Position numbers and translations under genes: made by a program. Shown piece after piece: positions 1 to 9,009 of a stretch of 40,512 bases of DNA; positions within the stretch are counted from its first letter, which is position 1, and every line of letters begins with the position of its first letter. The DNA lies in NCBI GenBank assembly GCA_903928565.1, contig CAIYRH010000013.1, forward strand, positions 1 to 40,512, written 5' to 3'. Origin of the DNA: Candidatus Staskawiczbacteria bacterium. Lineage in GTDB: Bacteria > Patescibacteriota > Minisyncoccia > Minisyncoccales > Staskawiczbacteraceae. The notes under the pieces are model-generated. The model made no database searches. It saw nothing but the letters and a program-made list of their open reading frames with translations, and was not told the origin of the DNA.

Positions 1-1
1 A

Positions 2-745
2 ATTTTCATTTATTTGTTCTGCAATCTGATAAAAATTATTATCGTATTCTGGCTCCCTCCCTTCAAGCTGACAGATTTTTGAATAAACAACACGAGTTAT
101 TAAATAGTATATACTTGATATATTTTCTCTTTGTTTTAGAACAAATCGCTTCAAAATTTCATTTTTTAAAAAATTTTCGTCAAAAAATAGATTATGCCAC
201 CTAACTGAAATTTCTTTTATTTTCAACTTTTTTCTTAATTCATTCATTTTATTATGTCCTTCAATAAAATTCTCTATCATTATATAATAACCGCCAGTTT
301 TGAGATATCTATAAATTTCCAATACGGCTTTTTTTTGCAATTCTCTATTTGGCAAGTTGATTAAACAGCGATCAGAGATTATAACATCAAATTTTCTATT
401 CAAACTTATATTTGTAACGTCAACAACTTGAAAATCGATTCTTTTAGTCGATAAATGCATTTTTTTAGATAAACGTTTAGCATTTTCAATCATTTGGATA
501 GAATAATCTCCACCCATAAAATAAGAATTTGAGAATGCTTTTGCAATACCCAAAGTGCTGAAACCATCGCCACAACCGATATCTAATATATTCTTCTTTT
601 TTGTAATAATTTTTAGAAATTTTATAATTGATTTAATTTCTATTTTTCTTAACCAAAGATCATCCGTTGTTGCCTTCGGATTAACCTTATATTTGTTGGC
701 TCTTTCTTCCCAATAATTTTTAATGATTTTTATATTTTTTTTCAT
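2..745 (-). CDS. Class I SAM-dependent methyltransferase (3' end runs off the window)
   Basis: Manual translation from ATG at 745, which overlaps the TGA of the upstream gene (ATGA): MKKNIKIIKNYWEERA...ILDIGCGDGFST...GGDYSIQMIENA...FDVIISDRCLINL...LKTGG. SAM motif I is present and the frame is open to the edge. Confidence 0.85.
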   Translation of the reverse strand, partial: MKKNIKIIKNYWEERANKYKVNPKATTDDLWLRKIEIKSIIKFLKIITKKKNILDIGCGDGFSTLGIAKAFSNSYFMGGDYSIQMIENAKRLSKKMHLSTKRIDFQVVDVTNISLNRKFDVIISDRCLINLPNRELQKKAVLEIYRYLKTGGYYIMIENFIEGHNKMNELRKKLKIKEISVRWHNLFFDENFLKNEILKRFVLKQRENISSIYYLITRVVYSKICQLEGREPEYDNNFYQIAEQINEN

Positions 746-1848
746 ATTTTTAAAATTTTTAATAAACTTTTACAAACATAATCGACGTTTTCTTTTGTGA
801 TGTTAAAACCACATGGTAAATTTATTGCTCTTTCAGAAATATCAAAAGAAACTGGAGTATTGGCATTTTCATTTATAGCAGGTAAAGAGGAAAGCGGATA
901 AAAAAATGGCCTTGCCTGGATATTAAATTTTGCGAAAGCTTCAACTAATTCTTCTTTATTAACATTATATTTTTTATTAAATACAACCGTCACCATCCAA
1001 TAAGTATTTTTAGTATTTTTAGGTTCAACATTTAATTGTAATCCATTAATTTTAGAAAGCCCTTTTTTATACCAACCAAAAATTTGACGTTTTTTAGTAG
1101 TCAAGGTCTTTACCCTTTCGAGCTGAGCCAAGCCACAGGCAGCCTGCAAATTAGACATCTTATATTTATACCCAACTCCTAAATTCCAAAATATCTTTTT
1201 TGAGTCTTTGCAGTGGTCATAATAATATTTAGCTTTTTCAAAAATAGCAACATTGTCTGTCAAAAGCATTCCACCCTCACCGGTTGTGAGAGTTTTCGAA
1301 CCATGAAAACTAAAACAGGAAACGTCGCCAAAACTTCCAGCTTTTTTATTTTTGTATTCGCACCCAATAGCCTCTGCTGCATCCTCAATAATTTTCAAAT
1401 TATATTTTTTAGCAATCTCCAGTATCTTATCAATGTCTGGCATACTTCCATACAAATCAACGATCAATATAGCTTTTGTTTTTTTGGTTATTTTTCTTAC
1501 GATATCCTTTAGATTAATGCACCATGTTTTTTCATCTATGTCAGCAAAGACAGGCTTGACGCCCATCCAATACAAGGGCTCAACTGAGGCAATCCATGTT
1601 ATGTTTGGGACTATAACTTCGTCGCCTTTTTTCAGGTCTAAAGATAAAAATGCCAAATGCAAAGCAGCTGTGCAGGAAGAAGTTGCCAGAGCATATTTTC
1701 TTTGGACATATTTTGAAAATTTCTTTTCAAATAAATCAATATATTTTTTATAATTTTGATTCCATCCGTCTCTTGTGGCCATGGCAACGTATTCCACTTC
1801 TTTCTCTGTTATAGACGGACCGGTAACCGGTATGAATTTTTGTTTCAT
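742..1848 (-). CDS. DegT/DnrJ/EryC1/StrS PLP-dependent sugar aminotransferase (perosamine synthase-like)
   Basis: Motifs TSSCTAALHL, IIEDAAEAIG, SFHGSKTLTTGEGG (PLP lysine), GYKYKMSNLQAA. Confidence 0.95.
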   Translation of the reverse strand: MKQKFIPVTGPSITEKEVEYVAMATRDGWNQNYKKYIDLFEKKFSKYVQRKYALATSSCTAALHLAFLSLDLKKGDEVIVPNITWIASVEPLYWMGVKPVFADIDEKTWCINLKDIVRKITKKTKAILIVDLYGSMPDIDKILEIAKKYNLKIIEDAAEAIGCEYKNKKAGSFGDVSCFSFHGSKTLTTGEGGMLLTDNVAIFEKAKYYYDHCKDSKKIFWNLGVGYKYKMSNLQAACGLAQLERVKTLTTKKRQIFGWYKKGLSKINGLQLNVEPKNTKNTYWMVTVVFNKKYNVNKEELVEAFAKFNIQARPFFYPLSSLPAINENANTPVSFDISERAINLPCGFNITKENVDYVCKSLLKILKI

Positions 1849-1852
1849 AAAA

Positions 1853-2383
1853 TTATTTTTTAATCAACGGCCAATTTTTGTCTTTGTCAGAAATAACTGA
1901 TTTTTCTATAGGCCATTTTATATTTAAGAATGCGTCGTCCCAACGCACTCCACTAGCATTTTTTGGAGAATAAAATTCTGACATAAAATATTGCACTTTG
2001 CAATTATTGGTCAATGTCTGAAAACCATGCGCAAACCCCTTAGGTATAAAAAACATTTTTTCGTTGTCCTCGGATAATTCGCAACTAACCCATTGGCCAT
2101 ACGTCAAAGAGTCTTTTCTCAAATCAACTGCCACATCAAAAATTGAGCCATTCAAACATTGTATTATCTTATCCTCAGATTTCGGATCTGTTTGAAAATG
2201 CATCCCTCTAATTGTCCCCTTCTGTTTTGTAATTGACTGATTAGCTTGCACTATATCAAAAGACAGTCCAGTTTTTTCCAATTTATCTTTACAAAAAATC
2301 CTAACAAAATTTCCTCGTTCATCGATATTTGGCTCAGTCTCAATAACATATAAATCTTTAATCTTTGTTTCTTTAAATATCAT
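1853..2383 (-). CDS. rfbC: dTDP/CDP-4-dehydro-6-deoxyhexose 3,5-epimerase
   Basis: DERGNF, GTIRGMHFQ, FDVAVDLR, IPKGFAHGFQTL, WDD...IKWP...SDKD. Confidence 0.95.
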   Translation of the reverse strand: MIFKETKIKDLYVIETEPNIDERGNFVRIFCKDKLEKTGLSFDIVQANQSITKQKGTIRGMHFQTDPKSEDKIIQCLNGSIFDVAVDLRKDSLTYGQWVSCELSEDNEKMFFIPKGFAHGFQTLTNNCKVQYFMSEFYSPKNASGVRWDDAFLNIKWPIEKSVISDKDKNWPLIKK

Positions 2384-3597
2384 ATGATTTTAATTTCCGG
2401 TATTGGTATAATAAACTTTCCTCCATTATTTCTATATTGTTTTAATTCTTCCATATTTATAACTTCTTCAGATATATTCCAACACAAAATTAGAAGATAA
2501 TCTGGCTTTTCTTCATATATTTTTTCTAAAGGATTTACCAACATGTGAGTTCCGGGCGTATAAAGATTCTGCTTTGCTTTTGACTTATCTACGACAAAAT
2601 CCAAATAATTTTTATTTATCCCAAAATAATTTAATAGAATATTACCTTTTGCTGGAGCCGAGTAGGCGGCAATTTTTTTACCCTCGCTCTTAATTTTTTT
2701 CAAAATAGCTATCAGGTCGTTTTTTATTTTTAGAACACTCATTGTTATTTTTTGGTAGGTTTCTAATTTATCAAATCCATTTTCAAATTCCTCTGCTGAA
2801 AGTTTATTTACATTTTCTTTAATTTTGAAAACTCCAGGATTAGAAGCAAATATCATTAAAGATCCTCCTTGCATGGGGGTCAATTCAACATCATAAATTT
2901 CCAGCCCTGCATTTTTAAATAAGCCTATTAACGCAATAATGGAATAATAAAAAACATGCTCATGATAAATAATATCAAACTTATTTTCCATTAAGCCCTT
3001 AAGATATGGAAACTCAAATACTGCTGTGCCTTTCGGTTTTAAAGCCACTTTCACGCCTTTTACAAAATCTACAATTTCTGGCACATGCGCCAGAACATTA
3101 GCCCCGAAAATTAAGTCCGCCTGAATGTTTTGCTCTTCTTTAAGATTTTTTGCAAAATCTAAATTAAAAAATTCTGCGAGGGTTTTAATCCCTCTTTCGT
3201 TGGCAACCTTTGCAATATTCTCTGCAGGATCAACGCCTAGAGTTGGTATTTCTAATTCTTTAAAATATTGCAATTGAGCACCGTCATTACTGGCAATCTC
3301 TAAAACTAAACTATTTTTATTAAGATTCAGTTTTTTAGTTAAATTATTTGCGACTTCTTTGCAATGATCTAAAAAATATTTGGAGTTAGATGAAAAATAA
3401 ATGTAATCTCTAAAAAGGTCTTCAGGCGGTATGGTGTTTATAAGCTGAACCAAATAACATTTTGGACAGAATCCAACGCTTAAATTATATTTTTTTTCAC
3501 GAGCCATATCATCTTCTTTTAAAAAAGAATTAATGGGAGGCATTTGGCCTAATGAAAAAAATTCTTTTATTTCTGTACCACAATTTCTACAATTCAT
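2380..3597 (-). CDS. NDP-hexose C-methyltransferase (Zn-binding N-terminus, class I SAM)
   Basis: CRNCG...CPKCYLVQL, LEIASNDG, GVDPA, ANVLAHVP, IYHEHVFYYS, QGGSL, YSAPAKGN..LNY. Confidence 0.92.
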   Translation of the reverse strand: MNCRNCGTEIKEFFSLGQMPPINSFLKEDDMAREKKYNLSVGFCPKCYLVQLINTIPPEDLFRDYIYFSSNSKYFLDHCKEVANNLTKKLNLNKNSLVLEIASNDGAQLQYFKELEIPTLGVDPAENIAKVANERGIKTLAEFFNLDFAKNLKEEQNIQADLIFGANVLAHVPEIVDFVKGVKVALKPKGTAVFEFPYLKGLMENKFDIIYHEHVFYYSIIALIGLFKNAGLEIYDVELTPMQGGSLMIFASNPGVFKIKENVNKLSAEEFENGFDKLETYQKITMSVLKIKNDLIAILKKIKSEGKKIAAYSAPAKGNILLNYFGINKNYLDFVVDKSKAKQNLYTPGTHMLVNPLEKIYEEKPDYLLILCWNISEEVINMEELKQYRNNGGKFIIPIPEIKII

Positions 3598-3680
3598 ATT
3601 TTATTGAAATTATTATTAATTTATTGCTTCACGACCAACTTTTTGTTATTATATATTAACATATTTAACCATTTATTATC

Positions 3681-4217
3681 ATGTTTTTCACCCTCACATC
3701 ACAACAAAAGGATAAACCCATACAAGATTACAAAAAAGCCATTGAGGCATTAAAGGCTGTTGACCCTACTCAGCCTTATGACAATAAGTTTTTTAATGCG
3801 CTTGCTAGACTAACTGTAAGCGTCGCGATAGAAGCTGTCTGCCTTCGGCTTAATCGCTCTTCCGAAGCCCTTGAGGTCTTCATGACTCAACGTGGGCCGA
3901 ATGAAGCTTATGCTGGGCAATGGCATTGTCCCGGTTCAGTATTAAGGTCTGAAGAAGATATTGAAGATGTTTTTAAACGCCTAGAATCCAAAGAATTTGG
4001 TGCAACCATTCTTTCTCATAAATTTGTCGTCAATATAAATAATCCAAAAGAAGAAAGAGGACATTTCTTTTCCGTTGTTTACCTTTGCGATATCGAAGAT
4101 TCATCCCTTACGGGTGGGGAATGGTTTCCGGTCAATCAATTGCCAAAGAATACTGCATGGCATCATGCGCAAATAATGATACCTGCTGTGGCCAAAGAGT
4201 TTAGCTCTAAAGCATAA
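3681..4217 (+). CDS. Nudix hydrolase, GDP-mannose mannosyl hydrolase-like variant box
   Basis: GQWHCPGSVLRSEEDIEDVFKRLESKEFG: a Nudix box with RL in place of RE, as in Gmm-type enzymes. Confidence 0.75.
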   Translation: MFFTLTSQQKDKPIQDYKKAIEALKAVDPTQPYDNKFFNALARLTVSVAIEAVCLRLNRSSEALEVFMTQRGPNEAYAGQWHCPGSVLRSEEDIEDVFKRLESKEFGATILSHKFVVNINNPKEERGHFFSVVYLCDIEDSSLTGGEWFPVNQLPKNTAWHHAQIMIPAVAKEFSSKA

Positions 4218-5160
4218 ACTTACCATTAAACCAATTTGATGTTTCTGTTATTGCTTTTTCAAATGATGTTTTCGGACTCCAACCCAAAATTTCCTCGGCT
4301 TTCGACCAATCAAGATACTGTTTCTGTATCTCATTTTTCGCCATATTTAGCACTTTGTAATTAATTTTTTTTCCTAAAATTACTTCAATTTTTTTCACTA
4401 AATCTAATACGCTGAATATATTTTTACTTCCAAAATTAAACGCCTGCCCGATAACCTTTTGCTTATTTTCAAGCATTGTTATGCATCCATCTACGATATC
4501 TTTTACATAAGTGTATTCTCTTATCATCTTGCCATCGCTCCTTATTAAAAGCGGCTTATTTTTTGTTACAGATTCAAGAGCACTGGGAATTATTCTTGAA
4601 AGATTAAAATCGCCCGGTCCGAAAACATTGCTAAACCTTGTTATGGCCACGGGAAGGTTGTACGTGGAAAAATATGTTTGAGCTATAAGGTCAGCTGATG
4701 ACTTTGACGCATCGTACGGATGGTCTCCCTTTAAAGGATGCGTTTCTTTATATGGTAAATCTTTTGATTTGCCATATGCTTTATCAGAAGATACAACCAC
4801 AACTAATTCTATATTCTTATTATTTCTACAGACCTCTAAAATATTAACCGTGCCCATTACGTTTGTATCTATCGCAGAAAAGGGATTTTTATAAGCCTCG
4901 TCAACAATTGCCTGAGCAGCAAAATGGAAAATAATATTCGGTTTTTCTTTTCGAAAAATTTCTAATAATTTATTACTTCTTATATCAATTTTATAAAATT
5001 TCGCTTTGGGATTTACATTTTCTTTCTTACCAGAAGACAGGTTATCTATTACGATAACCTTATTCCCCAAGCACACTAATTCATTAACCAGGTTGCTTCC
5101 AATAAACCCAGCACCACCCGTAACTAAGATTTTCCTATTTTTTATTTCCATATTTTCCAT
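4207..5160 (-). CDS. NAD-dependent epimerase/dehydratase, probable CDP-glucose 4,6-dehydratase (RfbG-like)
   Basis: GGAGFIG, SSDKAYG, YDASK, NVFGPGD; directly downstream of the cytidylyltransferase. Confidence 0.88.
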   Translation of the reverse strand: MENMEIKNRKILVTGGAGFIGSNLVNELVCLGNKVIVIDNLSSGKKENVNPKAKFYKIDIRSNKLLEIFRKEKPNIIFHFAAQAIVDEAYKNPFSAIDTNVMGTVNILEVCRNNKNIELVVVVSSDKAYGKSKDLPYKETHPLKGDHPYDASKSSADLIAQTYFSTYNLPVAITRFSNVFGPGDFNLSRIIPSALESVTKNKPLLIRSDGKMIREYTYVKDIVDGCITMLENKQKVIGQAFNFGSKNIFSVLDLVKKIEVILGKKINYKVLNMAKNEIQKQYLDWSKAEEILGWSPKTSFEKAITETSNWFNGKFML

Positions 5161-5903
5161 TTCGGATCACCGTTCCACAATACATTTAATTCTTCCATTT
5201 CTCTGTAGGTGTCCATTGCCTTCCAAAATCCTTCGTGAGTGTAAATAGAAAGCTGTTTTTCCTTAGTAAGCTTTACCAATCCATCCTCCATGGGACCATT
5301 ATCAAAGTAATCAAAAGCTTTTTGATTAAAAATCATAAATCCCCCACTAGCATAATCATACATTTGAGGTTTCTGATCGAAACCTTTTACTAAATTATTT
5401 TTTTTATCAATTTCAACTAAACCATACTTAGATCGAGGATGCACGCCGGAAAGGGTGCCAATTGTCTTATGATTTTTATGAAAAGCAACTAATTCTTTTA
5501 TATTAATGTCGCTTACACCATCGGCATAAGTTACCATAAAATCTTCTTCGTTTATATACTTTTTAACTCTCAAAATCCTTTCCCCAGTATCGCTTTCCAA
5601 ACCAGTTTCTACAAAAGTTATTTTAAAATCGTCACAATTATTATTATAAAATTTTATTTGACCGTCGCGGGTATCAATTGTAAAATCGTTAACAAATGCA
5701 TTTTGATTTAAAAAATAATCCCGAATCATTTCTCCTTTATAACCTAAAGCCAGCACAAACTCATTATAGCCATAATAAGAATAAATCTTCATTATATGCC
5801 ACAATATAGGCTTTCCTCCAACTAAAACCATCGCCTTAGGCTTAAACTCCGTTTCCTCTTTCATGCGAGTGCCAAGCCCTCCACAAAGAATTATAGTTTT
5901 CAT
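5142..5903 (-). CDS. rfbF: Glucose-1-phosphate cytidylyltransferase
   Basis: ILCGGLGTRMKEETEFKPK, KPILWHIMKIY, LGYKGEMI, TGERI, HEGFWKAMDT. Confidence 0.92.
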   Translation of the reverse strand: MKTIILCGGLGTRMKEETEFKPKAMVLVGGKPILWHIMKIYSYYGYNEFVLALGYKGEMIRDYFLNQNAFVNDFTIDTRDGQIKFYNNNCDDFKITFVETGLESDTGERILRVKKYINEEDFMVTYADGVSDINIKELVAFHKNHKTIGTLSGVHPRSKYGLVEIDKKNNLVKGFDQKPQMYDYASGGFMIFNQKAFDYFDNGPMEDGLVKLTKEKQLSIYTHEGFWKAMDTYREMEELNVLWNGDPKWKIWK

Positions 5904-5907
5904 ATTT

Positions 5908-6648
5908 TTATGATTTTAATTTATATTTCAAAATTAAATCTATTGCCTCGCTTTTATAATATTTTTTAAGAATCTTAGCGTTTGGGACAACGCAATGTCC
6001 ACCAATTGGTTTATCGTCAACAGCCAAAACTGGCCTTACCACATTTTTTTTGCCGAGTTTTGGATATGCTTTGTTGTAGGTTTTGTTAAAATCAGTCACC
6101 GCTTCATCAAAATTTACCCCAAATTTATCACATATTTTTTTCATATCCTTATGCCAGGCAATGCAAACTCCATAATAAGTTGTGTCTAAAATTTTTCCCA
6201 ATTCCGTGGTTGTTGATGGAAAAAATAATTTTGTACTTATGCCTATGCTTTCTAAATGTTTTTTTGCCATTGTGCCCGCCTTCTTACTGTCTGCACCGAC
6301 GTACTTAACAAATAACTTTATACCTTTGTAAAGGTTTGGATGAGTACCCCTCATTGGACTATGGACAACCATTCCATTAAAAATATTCGCCAGCTTTTTA
6401 GTTGTACCAGGCGCAACTGTTGAATGGATAATTGTGAGCTTTGGCCCTATTTCTTTAATTTCTTTTTTTACAATTTCTATAAATTTATCATCATACGGGA
6501 TGCTAATGTGCAAAATATCTACGCCCTGTAAGCCATCGTCTCTCTTCAAATCTTTTATTTTTGGGTTTTTATAAAACCGCGCAAATGAACTGCCTATTTC
6601 GCCATTACCCAAAATACCTATTTTAATTTCTTTTTTATCCTTTTCCAT
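5908..6648 (-). CDS. Short UDP-glucose/GDP-mannose dehydrogenase-like protein (no C-terminal UDP-binding domain)
   Basis: GILGNGEIG Rossmann motif, IIHSTVAPGTT, HSPMRG, ELGK, GGHCV with the catalytic Cys; only 246 aa. Confidence 0.75.
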   Translation of the reverse strand: MEKDKKEIKIGILGNGEIGSSFARFYKNPKIKDLKRDDGLQGVDILHISIPYDDKFIEIVKKEIKEIGPKLTIIHSTVAPGTTKKLANIFNGMVVHSPMRGTHPNLYKGIKLFVKYVGADSKKAGTMAKKHLESIGISTKLFFPSTTTELGKILDTTYYGVCIAWHKDMKKICDKFGVNFDEAVTDFNKTYNKAYPKLGKKNVVRPVLAVDDKPIGGHCVVPNAKILKKYYKSEAIDLILKYKLKS

Positions 6649-6684
6649 TGATTTTTATGTTTTTTATTTATATCATAGAATCGT

Positions 6685-8928
6685 ATGGAAAACAATAAAT
6701 CTCAAAATAAATTTTACTGGGTATATTGGGTTGGGTTTTTCATTATACTGGCGTTGCCAATACTAAATGTTCCACCTTGGTTTACTCCACCAGCCTGGAC
6801 ACAGGCAATTTTATTCAGATCTATTTTAGCAATATTTCTTCTTAGTTTTTTATTAAAAGATTCGGCGGGTATTACAAAGATTAAGAGCGGACTTAACCCA
6901 AAATCACCACTTTTTGTGCCGTTGCTAGCATTAATTGGCTATTCTATAACTGTTTTTATTTCAACACTTTTTTCTGCTGATGTTTCATTTAGCTTCTGGG
7001 GCGATCCAAACAGGGGTGGAGGATTTATTAACTTTGCATTTTTTATAATTTTTTGCCTCTTTTTATTTACAATAATTAAGGATAAAGTTTGGAGAAAATT
7101 GCTTGATTTTTCTTTAATTATTGGGTTTTTGGTTGGTTTAATAGCCATCTTCCAGCGGTTTGGGATTTTGAGTAACATTTTTGTTAAAATGTCGGCAAGG
7201 CCAACCGCGACTCTGGGAAACCCCATAATTCTAGCCCTTTATCTTGTGCCATTAATATTTTTAGCATTATCTTTTTCTATTACAGAGAAGTTAAAGGCCA
7301 AAAAATATTTATATATATTTTTAACTTTGTTTTTCGGCGCCACTGTAATTCTTATGACTCAGACAAGAGCCTCCATACTAGCCATTTTTATTGGCGCGCT
7401 TTGGTTTTTATTAACCTATCCCTCACGCGCAGATAGACAGGGAAGAAGAATAAAGGGGCTTAAGGTTGGCGCCGTAGTTTTATCTTTAATAATTGTAATA
7501 TCATTTTTCTTTCTAAGTGTTAACCCGCAATTTTATAGCGGGCTGCCAAACATTTTGAAAAGTCCAATTTCTAGAATTGCAAGCATAACACAAGATTCCG
7601 AGTCTAGCTCGGCTAGAATATCTGTATGGGAAATATCCGTGCAAGCATTTAAAGAAAAACCATTCTTTGGTTATGGACCAGAGAATTTTTATGTTGCTTT
7701 TAACAAATATTACAACCCCAATTTGCCTGCCATGGAAATTGAGAAAAACTTTGATAGAGCACATAATTCATTAATTCAAATATTAATAGATTCTGGCATT
7801 TTTGCCCTAATTTTTTATCTTATTTTTTTCATTTCACTGCTATGGGGGCTTCAAAAAATTAAAAAGGAACAGCCAGTTGCGCATGGTTTACAGGCAGGGT
7901 TTATTGCCTATTTTGTGGCGTCTTTGGCGGGCATTGATGGATTTGCCAACGTGTTTATCTTTTTCCTATTATCGGCCCATTCTTTGCATTTAATTTATTC
8001 GGCCAATGCAAATAACCCTGACGTCATTACAAAAAGCGAAGCGACAAAGCAACCTAAATACGTTTTTTTAAAAAATGCCGCTTTGGCTTTTGCTTTTCTT
8101 GTTTTAATAATATTTCTCTGGCAATATAACTTTGTACCATTGCAGATGAATAAACAACTTAATGTTGCCCAAGAATTGGCAAGAGATGATTGGCAAACAG
8201 CTTCTAAAATTTTAGATGAACAATCTAAAATAAAAACTTTTTTTCTTCCCTATGTAAATTCAATTTATTTAAACTTATTGGTAAACAGAACAGCAACAAA
8301 CCCAGAAGAAGCAGCCACATTGTCTAAAAAAATTGTGCAAATTTCTGAAACAAACACCAAGCTACAACCATATAACCCACAAAACTGGCTACGCCTAGCA
8401 GAATCTCTTTCTGCAACAGGACAAACAATAAATTCTCAAAATGCGTATAAAAAAGCACTACAATTAAGCCCCAACAACACAATCTTCATATTGTCCTCTT
8501 TTCTAACCGACATTTCAAACAAAGATTTTACAAATGCAAAAGAAAAATCAGATTACTGTCTTAAAAATTTTCCTAAAAATAAAGAGTGCCTTTGGACTGC
8601 CGGATTAATTAATATTTATTTAAACAATATAGCAGTCGGCGAAGATTTTATTGGGCAGGCAAAAGTAAATGGCTATGCCACAGAAAATGAGAACTCTTTA
8701 AACCAATTAGCTGGTGCCTTCATAGAAGTTAAAAATTATCAAGAGTTAATGCCTATTTACCAAAATTTAATTGCACTAAACACATCTAATGTTCAATATA
8801 AAACTTCTTTAATGCTTGTTTATAAGCTTTTAGGGCAATATGACAAGGCAAGAGAGCTAGCCTTAAAGATTATGGAAACAAACCCAGAATTGAAACCCCA
8901 AATAGATAACTTCTTACAAGGGTTTTAA
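6685..8928 (+). CDS. O-antigen ligase / O-oligosaccharyltransferase family membrane protein with C-terminal TPRs
   Basis: Many TM helices; RPTATLGNP, TQTRAS, R..VWE, FFGYGPENF, RAHN; TPR-like C-terminus (AYKKALQLSPNN). Confidence 0.88.
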   Translation: MENNKSQNKFYWVYWVGFFIILALPILNVPPWFTPPAWTQAILFRSILAIFLLSFLLKDSAGITKIKSGLNPKSPLFVPLLALIGYSITVFISTLFSADVSFSFWGDPNRGGGFINFAFFIIFCLFLFTIIKDKVWRKLLDFSLIIGFLVGLIAIFQRFGILSNIFVKMSARPTATLGNPIILALYLVPLIFLALSFSITEKLKAKKYLYIFLTLFFGATVILMTQTRASILAIFIGALWFLLTYPSRADRQGRRIKGLKVGAVVLSLIIVISFFFLSVNPQFYSGLPNILKSPISRIASITQDSESSSARISVWEISVQAFKEKPFFGYGPENFYVAFNKYYNPNLPAMEIEKNFDRAHNSLIQILIDSGIFALIFYLIFFISLLWGLQKIKKEQPVAHGLQAGFIAYFVASLAGIDGFANVFIFFLLSAHSLHLIYSANANNPDVITKSEATKQPKYVFLKNAALAFAFLVLIIFLWQYNFVPLQMNKQLNVAQELARDDWQTASKILDEQSKIKTFFLPYVNSIYLNLLVNRTATNPEEAATLSKKIVQISETNTKLQPYNPQNWLRLAESLSATGQTINSQNAYKKALQLSPNNTIFILSSFLTDISNKDFTNAKEKSDYCLKNFPKNKECLWTAGLINIYLNNIAVGEDFIGQAKVNGYATENENSLNQLAGAFIEVKNYQELMPIYQNLIALNTSNVQYKTSLMLVYKLLGQYDKARELALKIMETNPELKPQIDNFLQGF

Positions 8929-8936
8929 AGAAACGC

Positions 8937-8970
8937 AACTAAAAACCACCCAAAAGGGTGGTTTTTAGTT
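8937..8970. terminator. Bidirectional intrinsic terminator
   Basis: AACTAAAAACCACCC-AAAA-GGGTGGTTTTTAGTT perfect hairpin between convergent genes. Confidence 0.9.
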
Positions 8971-9009
8971 TTCAGTTAGTTGAAGTAAAACTTCAACCGA
9001 CTAAATGGA

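Noticed and set aside
7415-7442. Degenerate palindromic insert (PSRADRQG) in the ligase and similar CCTATCTGCCAACGGGCAGG at 40367-40386
   Set aside because: Suggestive of another small-element family but too degenerate to support from this window alone.
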